A stretch of 64,000 nt of DNA from a virus (Duplodnaviria; Caudoviricetes): positions 160,001-224,000 of the IMG/VR virus record IMGVR_UViG_3300015615_000196, one strand, 5' to 3'. A model generated the notes under the pieces. It was not told the origin of the DNA. It did not search any database and was given only the letters and a program-made list of their open reading frames with translations. Position numbers and translations under genes: made by a program. Within the stretch, counting starts at the first letter, position 1. The number at the start of each line of letters is the position of its first letter. Below are positions 58,879 to 64,000 of this stretch, in pieces.

Positions 58879-60783
58879 ATGAGTGGTTTTGGACAAAGCG
58901 GAATTATGCGTGGTGATAGGTCACAATTTACTGTGCAGTGTGAAAGCACTGGTAGTAAAGGGACTTGGTACAAGCTATTTTTCCCACCCAACAATCAGAT
59001 CAATGACAGAATAAAAATGAGTGCCAAGAACCACCATCGGTGGTCACTTGAAGATCATTGTTGGCATGTTCATGTCAAAGCACTCTACGACTTAATCAAG
59101 ATGTATCGCAAGTCTGATAAGATTAGATTTGAATTTGGTGAAAAGGGTCGTGTTCACTTCCTCGAACAGATCAAGAAGATAGATCAGTTGCTTGAAATTA
59201 AGCAAGACAAAATCGAACGTCTCAAGAAAAAGAATGCAGAGGCACTTGCATGGAAGAAAGAACTTGAAGAGAACTATCAACAATATGAACCGGAGGTAAT
59301 GAAGCACATCAAACAAGATGTGAAACTCTACCCCCATCAGGTTGTAGCAATCATGTTCTTGAAGAAAGTGATCAATGGACTTCTGTCTCTTGAAATGGGT
59401 TTGGGTAAAACACTCTGCTCAATTGGATACGCTGAAATGATGGGCTTTAAGAAAGTGTTGGTCATCACACCAAACTCATTGAAGTTCAACTACCATGATG
59501 AAGTGAAGAAATTCACACATAGTTCAAAACCGTATATCATCTACTCGAAGTCTCAATCAAAAAAGAACAAAAGCAAGAAGGAACAAGATGATGCGAACTA
59601 CATTATTGTTAACTACGACTATTTCAATAACAAAGATCACAAGAAGGTCAAGGAGAAATACGAAGCATTGAATCTTGGTTTTATCGAATGTGTTGTTCTG
59701 GATGAATCACACATGATCAAGAACACGCAGTCAAATACCTACAAGAACATAAAGAAGTTGATCAAGGACATTCCGAGTAAGGTCTTTTTGTCTGGCACAC
59801 CTGCACCGAATAGAACGAAAGAATTATACACTGTTCTTAACTTAATTTCACCACTTGACTTTCCAACGAAGACAGAATTCTACGAGCAATACTGTGGATT
59901 GACATACATTCCAAAACATGATGGTATCAATGATTCAGAAAACGATGAACGATACTATGGTGGATGGCAACAGAACGAAGGTGGTATGCGTCTTGAAGAA
60001 CTATATCACAAGATTGCACCATATACGTATCGTAAGCGTAAGTTTGAAGTATTGAAAGATTTGCCGGACAAAATCTATCAGAAGATCGTCATCGAAATGA
60101 ACGATGAAGAAAAGAAACAGTACGATAAGATTGAAGAGGGCGTAGCGAATGAAATTTTCAGCGATGAAGAAATGAGTTCGGTCAACATTCTGACGATCAT
60201 GTTGAGACTTCGTCAATATACGTCCATGCTCAAAATAAAACCTACTGTTGAACTTGCAACTCGTCTCCATGATGAAGGAGAGAAGTCGGTTATTGTGGAT
60301 ATGTTTAAGCCACCGATTGCTGAAATGAAAAAGATGCTTGGTGAGATCGCAGGTCTACACACAGGTGATGAAGACGAACAAGAACGAAATATTGTAAAAA
60401 ACGACTTTCAGAATCCAGAAGGTGAGACCAAAGTTTTCTTGGCATCTATCAGCACAACCAAGTATGGATTAACTCTAACTGCTGCAAGCAAACTATTTAT
60501 GACAACACTCCCTTGGTCTACCGGGGAGTATGATCAGGTTTCAGATCGACTGCACCGTATCGGTCAAAAGGACACGGTTTTCATCTACCCTGTGATTATC
60601 AAGGATACAATAGACGAGTACGTATTTTCGATGATCGAAAAGAAGAGGATTGAAATAACCAAAGTACTTGACAATGAGGATTACAAATCCAATGTTGAGG
60701 AATCGGTATTATCTGAGGTGCTTGAAATGCTCAGAAGAAAGTATGGAAAAAATAAGAACGGAGACGGAGCCAAAACTACATAA
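58879..60783 (+). CDS. SNF2-family helicase / ATPase
   Basis: LYPHQ, EMGLGKT, LDESH, LSGTP..N, GLTLTAA, QVSDRLHRIGQ. Confidence 0.93.
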   Translation: MSGFGQSGIMRGDRSQFTVQCESTGSKGTWYKLFFPPNNQINDRIKMSAKNHHRWSLEDHCWHVHVKALYDLIKMYRKSDKIRFEFGEKGRVHFLEQIKKIDQLLEIKQDKIERLKKKNAEALAWKKELEENYQQYEPEVMKHIKQDVKLYPHQVVAIMFLKKVINGLLSLEMGLGKTLCSIGYAEMMGFKKVLVITPNSLKFNYHDEVKKFTHSSKPYIIYSKSQSKKNKSKKEQDDANYIIVNYDYFNNKDHKKVKEKYEALNLGFIECVVLDESHMIKNTQSNTYKNIKKLIKDIPSKVFLSGTPAPNRTKELYTVLNLISPLDFPTKTEFYEQYCGLTYIPKHDGINDSENDERYYGGWQQNEGGMRLEELYHKIAPYTYRKRKFEVLKDLPDKIYQKIVIEMNDEEKKQYDKIEEGVANEIFSDEEMSSVNILTIMLRLRQYTSMLKIKPTVELATRLHDEGEKSVIVDMFKPPIAEMKKMLGEIAGLHTGDEDEQERNIVKNDFQNPEGETKVFLASISTTKYGLTLTAASKLFMTTLPWSTGEYDQVSDRLHRIGQKDTVFIYPVIIKDTIDEYVFSMIEKKRIEITKVLDNEDYKSNVEESVLSEVLEMLRRKYGKNKNGDGAKTT

Positions 60784-61171
60784 CGTATTTAAGAAGCGTG
60801 AGTATAATGCTATCACGGATATTTTTGAACAATATTTTCAGAACGAACTGACACAGGAACTTGCAAACGTAATTAGTTTTGAAGCCGGGAAATTTTTGGT
60901 ACAATCAAAAGGAATCAACCCTAAATTGATCGAGAGAGAATTCGGCATCCTGTTCAATTTCAACAAAGAAAAGGACTTTATTTTTGCACTTGGCAAAAAT
61001 TTGTTATCTTCGCTCTGGATTATCGGAGTGTACCCTGATCATCCTGAAAAATTGGCCAATAAAGACGTATACAGCAATAGTGATTTTGTTTACAAATTTT
61101 ACACTGAAAACAAAAATTTAGTCATCGAAAAAACCAATAACCATGACGGAAAACCTACAGATAATCAATGA
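60743..61171 (+). CDS. Hypothetical protein
   Basis: ORF from ATG 60743 (MEKIRTE) coupled between the helicase and polymerase genes. Confidence 0.65.
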   Translation: MEKIRTETEPKLHNVFKKREYNAITDIFEQYFQNELTQELANVISFEAGKFLVQSKGINPKLIEREFGILFNFNKEKDFIFALGKNLLSSLWIIGVYPDHPEKLANKDVYSNSDFVYKFYTENKNLVIEKTNNHDGKPTDNQ

Positions 61172-64000
61172 AATCAGTAAATTCCTCAACGGCTCAAACG
61201 ACAAAGTCAAATATGTAGTAAACGTAGAGGCTTTCCCTTTTAGCAACTACGCCAACTGCATCATTCATGAGCCGGGGAAAGACCCACTAATTCATCGACA
61301 AAAATTTACGTCCTTCCTATACATGAAGGACTTAAAGAGATACGGTAAGACTCTTTACGGTGGACAGAAAGAAGCACTGGAAAGTCAGATGGAGAAATAC
61401 GGGATCAAACTCGAAATTCTTCAAACCGGAAATCACCCTCGAATGGTTGAGGGATACACAACAAAAATTTCAAGTTCCATTTCCTACACTGCCATCCAGA
61501 ACTTTTTAAAGGCTGGTGGTCTTGACATGTGGGAGAAAGATAAAGACGGGTCGATGCCAAACAAGCATCTTTTCTACACCCTTGCACTTGACGAACAATT
61601 TTTCATATCAACAGGTATTCGCCTTTACAAAGGCATTGAACAATATGCAGGTGTACATCGACTGATCTTCGACATTGAGACTACTGGATTGAGACCGTTC
61701 AGTAGTCGTGTCTTTTTGATCGGTATGCGTGACAACAGAAATTTTGAGACGATCCTGAAAGTCGCCAAAGAGAATGATGACGATGAAGAACGTATTTTGA
61801 TTGAGAAGTTCTTTAACATCATTGACAAATTAAAGCCAGCAATCATTAGTGGTTACAACTCGGAAGAGTTCGACTTTTTCTTCATCTTGGAACGTGCAAA
61901 GATTCTCGGAATTCTAACCGAAGATAAGAAAAATAGATTTTCTGCATTCATTGGCGAATTCAAAACGACACTTGATGATAGTCGTGATGATAACGGCAAT
62001 TTTCGTCACAAGATTTCACGTAAGCCTCACACCTCAGTAAAATACGGCAACACGACAGACTACTACACTGCAACCCAAATGTGGGGATACAGTGTAACGG
62101 ATATTCTTCATGCTGTGAAGAGAACGGCAGCTTTGAACACTGAAATCAAGAGTACAAAGTTGAAGTACATTGCAAAGTATGAAGACATTGCAAAACCAGA
62201 TCGTATGTACATCAAAGGTGAAAACATCTTTAGTACATGGAAAGAAAATAAGTTGTATATCACCAATCCTGCAACCAATGACTATGAGTTGATCCCTGAC
62301 GAATTTCAGGAGCAAGCAGAGAAGTTTTGGTATCTTCAATCGCAAAAAGAAAAAATTAGTGTTGAAGAATATAAGCAATTAAGAACACAAACAGTATCTG
62401 GAATGACACCATCATTCTACGATTGGCAGATTTCTAAAAAAACGGTGTATGGGGATAAGTACAAATTTCTGAATGGTATTGAGGTCGTGGAACGTTACTT
62501 GTTTGATGACTTATGGGAAACTGAGAAAATTGATAACCTTTACAGCCAGAGTTCCTTCCTGCTCTCAAAGATGCTCCCAACTTCATATGTTCGCGTGTCA
62601 ACAATGGGCAATGCATCAGTGTGGAATTTGCTTATGACAACGTGGAGTTACGAAAGAGGTCTTGCAATCCCCATCTGTGATAAACAAGAAAAATTCAGTG
62701 GTGGTCTTGCAAGATGTTATCGTAAAGGACTAAACAAACGAATTATAAAACTCGACTTCGCATCGCTTTATCCGATGTTACAGTTGACGTATGGCATTTT
62801 CCCTAAGTTTGACATTACAGGTGTAATCCGTAAGATGTTGTTGTATATGTCAACGACTCGTAACATTTACAAGAACCTTGCAAACGGTAAGCCACTAAAG
62901 GGTGATCAAGTTGAGTTGTTGAAATTGATTGATGAAGAAAGTTATGTGAAGTATGTGTCCGGTGAACCATTCAGTGCGGATGAAAAGAACAGCTTCAAAG
63001 TAAAACAGCTTCCTATCAAAATCATCAACAACTCATTGTTCGGTGCGTTGGGTTCAGCAGAAGCCTTCAATTGGTCTGACAATACCTGTGCTGCTGAGAT
63101 TACTTGTAGAGGACGCTTGCACTTACGTAAGATGATTGCATGGTACAAGAACTATGGTATGATACCATTGCTTGCAGTAACTGACGGTGTGAATTTTTCA
63201 TATCCAGAAAAATCAAATCTTACTGTTGAGGGTGTTGAATTACCGGAAGCAATACCAATTAAGGAAGCATGGCAATATGTGGGTGCGGATGGAAAGACCT
63301 ACGATGGTGTGAAAGCATTAGTAGAAAAATTCAATACCGATGTAATGCCTAAACCTTTCATGGGTGTTGATATTGATGGTACTTGGGAAAGTTCACTTAA
63401 TCTTTCGCGTATCAACTATGCTAATTTAACAGAAAAATCCACAGATAAAAACGGTAAACCTGTTGATAAGAAAGTCAAGTTGACTGGTAACACCATCAAG
63501 TCAAAGGTAATGCCGGAGTACATTGAAGAATTCATTGATAGAGGACTTCGATTGATTCTGGAAGATGACGGGGTGGGATTTGTTGACTATTACAATGAAT
63601 ATCTGGCAAAGATTTTTTACAAGCAAATACCGCTCAAGAAGATTGCAACCAAAAAGAAATACAAGATCACGGTGAATCAATATCGCAATAGAGGTGTTGA
63701 TAAAAATGGCCGTAAGAAAGCGAAGATGGCTTTTATGGAAGCAGTAATGATTGATCGTGACCAAATGGTCATGAAGCAATACAAAGAAATGTACGGAGAA
63801 GGAACCAACGTTGAGATTGACGACATGTATGATGCAGTTGCTCACGTAATACCGAATGAACCAGAAATGGATAGCTACATCTACTTTGTGAACGTTGGAA
63901 AGAAGAGAGGCCACAAGGATAGTTCCATGATGGACGATGGCAACGGTAATCAGGTTCTTTGTTCAAAAATTATCAATACGATTGACCTTGAGAACAATCC
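61143..64000 (+). CDS. Family B DNA polymerase (3' end runs off the window)
   Basis: Not in the ORF track; frame from ATG 61143 contains FDIETTG (ExoI), GYNSEEFD (ExoII), YLFDD (ExoIII), LDFASLYP (motif A), KIINNSLFG (motif B), AVTDG (motif C). Confidence 0.95.
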   Translation, partial: MTENLQIINEISKFLNGSNDKVKYVVNVEAFPFSNYANCIIHEPGKDPLIHRQKFTSFLYMKDLKRYGKTLYGGQKEALESQMEKYGIKLEILQTGNHPRMVEGYTTKISSSISYTAIQNFLKAGGLDMWEKDKDGSMPNKHLFYTLALDEQFFISTGIRLYKGIEQYAGVHRLIFDIETTGLRPFSSRVFLIGMRDNRNFETILKVAKENDDDEERILIEKFFNIIDKLKPAIISGYNSEEFDFFFILERAKILGILTEDKKNRFSAFIGEFKTTLDDSRDDNGNFRHKISRKPHTSVKYGNTTDYYTATQMWGYSVTDILHAVKRTAALNTEIKSTKLKYIAKYEDIAKPDRMYIKGENIFSTWKENKLYITNPATNDYELIPDEFQEQAEKFWYLQSQKEKISVEEYKQLRTQTVSGMTPSFYDWQISKKTVYGDKYKFLNGIEVVERYLFDDLWETEKIDNLYSQSSFLLSKMLPTSYVRVSTMGNASVWNLLMTTWSYERGLAIPICDKQEKFSGGLARCYRKGLNKRIIKLDFASLYPMLQLTYGIFPKFDITGVIRKMLLYMSTTRNIYKNLANGKPLKGDQVELLKLIDEESYVKYVSGEPFSADEKNSFKVKQLPIKIINNSLFGALGSAEAFNWSDNTCAAEITCRGRLHLRKMIAWYKNYGMIPLLAVTDGVNFSYPEKSNLTVEGVELPEAIPIKEAWQYVGADGKTYDGVKALVEKFNTDVMPKPFMGVDIDGTWESSLNLSRINYANLTEKSTDKNGKPVDKKVKLTGNTIKSKVMPEYIEEFIDRGLRLILEDDGVGFVDYYNEYLAKIFYKQIPLKKIATKKKYKITVNQYRNRGVDKNGRKKAKMAFMEAVMIDRDQMVMKQYKEMYGEGTNVEIDDMYDAVAHVIPNEPEMDSYIYFVNVGKKRGHKDSSMMDDGNGNQVLCSKIINTIDLENN

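Noticed and set aside
1-64000. Stop-codon reassignment as seen in some large phages
   Set aside because: Core genes are full length in code 11, and TAG and TGA both terminate genes at sensible boundaries

Overview
This window is a 64 kb segment of a large T4-like (myovirus-type, probably jumbo) phage genome, read in the standard genetic code. The host is most likely Bacteroidota, inferred from TAnnTTTG promoters and A-rich, Shine-Dalgarno-less translation starts. Gene order: partial phoH (minus strand); tail chaperone with a -1 frameshift site, tape measure and baseplate genes; a ~9.5 kb glycosyltransferase/methyltransferase/UDP-GlcNAc 2-epimerase cluster; a replication block (gp32-like SSB, RecA/UvsX, 5'-3' exonuclease, DnaB-like helicase, nrdA, nrdB); a ~1.6 kb non-coding RNA island; a TROVE-like/TerD protein; ~24 kb of modular virion/tail-fibre genes; a SNF2 helicase; and a partial family B DNA polymerase. 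The most striking element is 30700-34495. A host-type promoter with a boxB/boxA-like leader is followed by a ~810 nt GOLLD-like RNA, an atypical tRNA-like gene, and three copies of a small structured RNA motif with varying but still-pairing stems (GGCTAT...GTTACTTC...AACYAC...TTTCC). These lie directly upstream of the TROVE-like/TerD gene, suggesting a phage-encoded Ro60/Y-RNA-like ribonucleoprotein system. All family calls come from motif recognition by eye; no searches were run.
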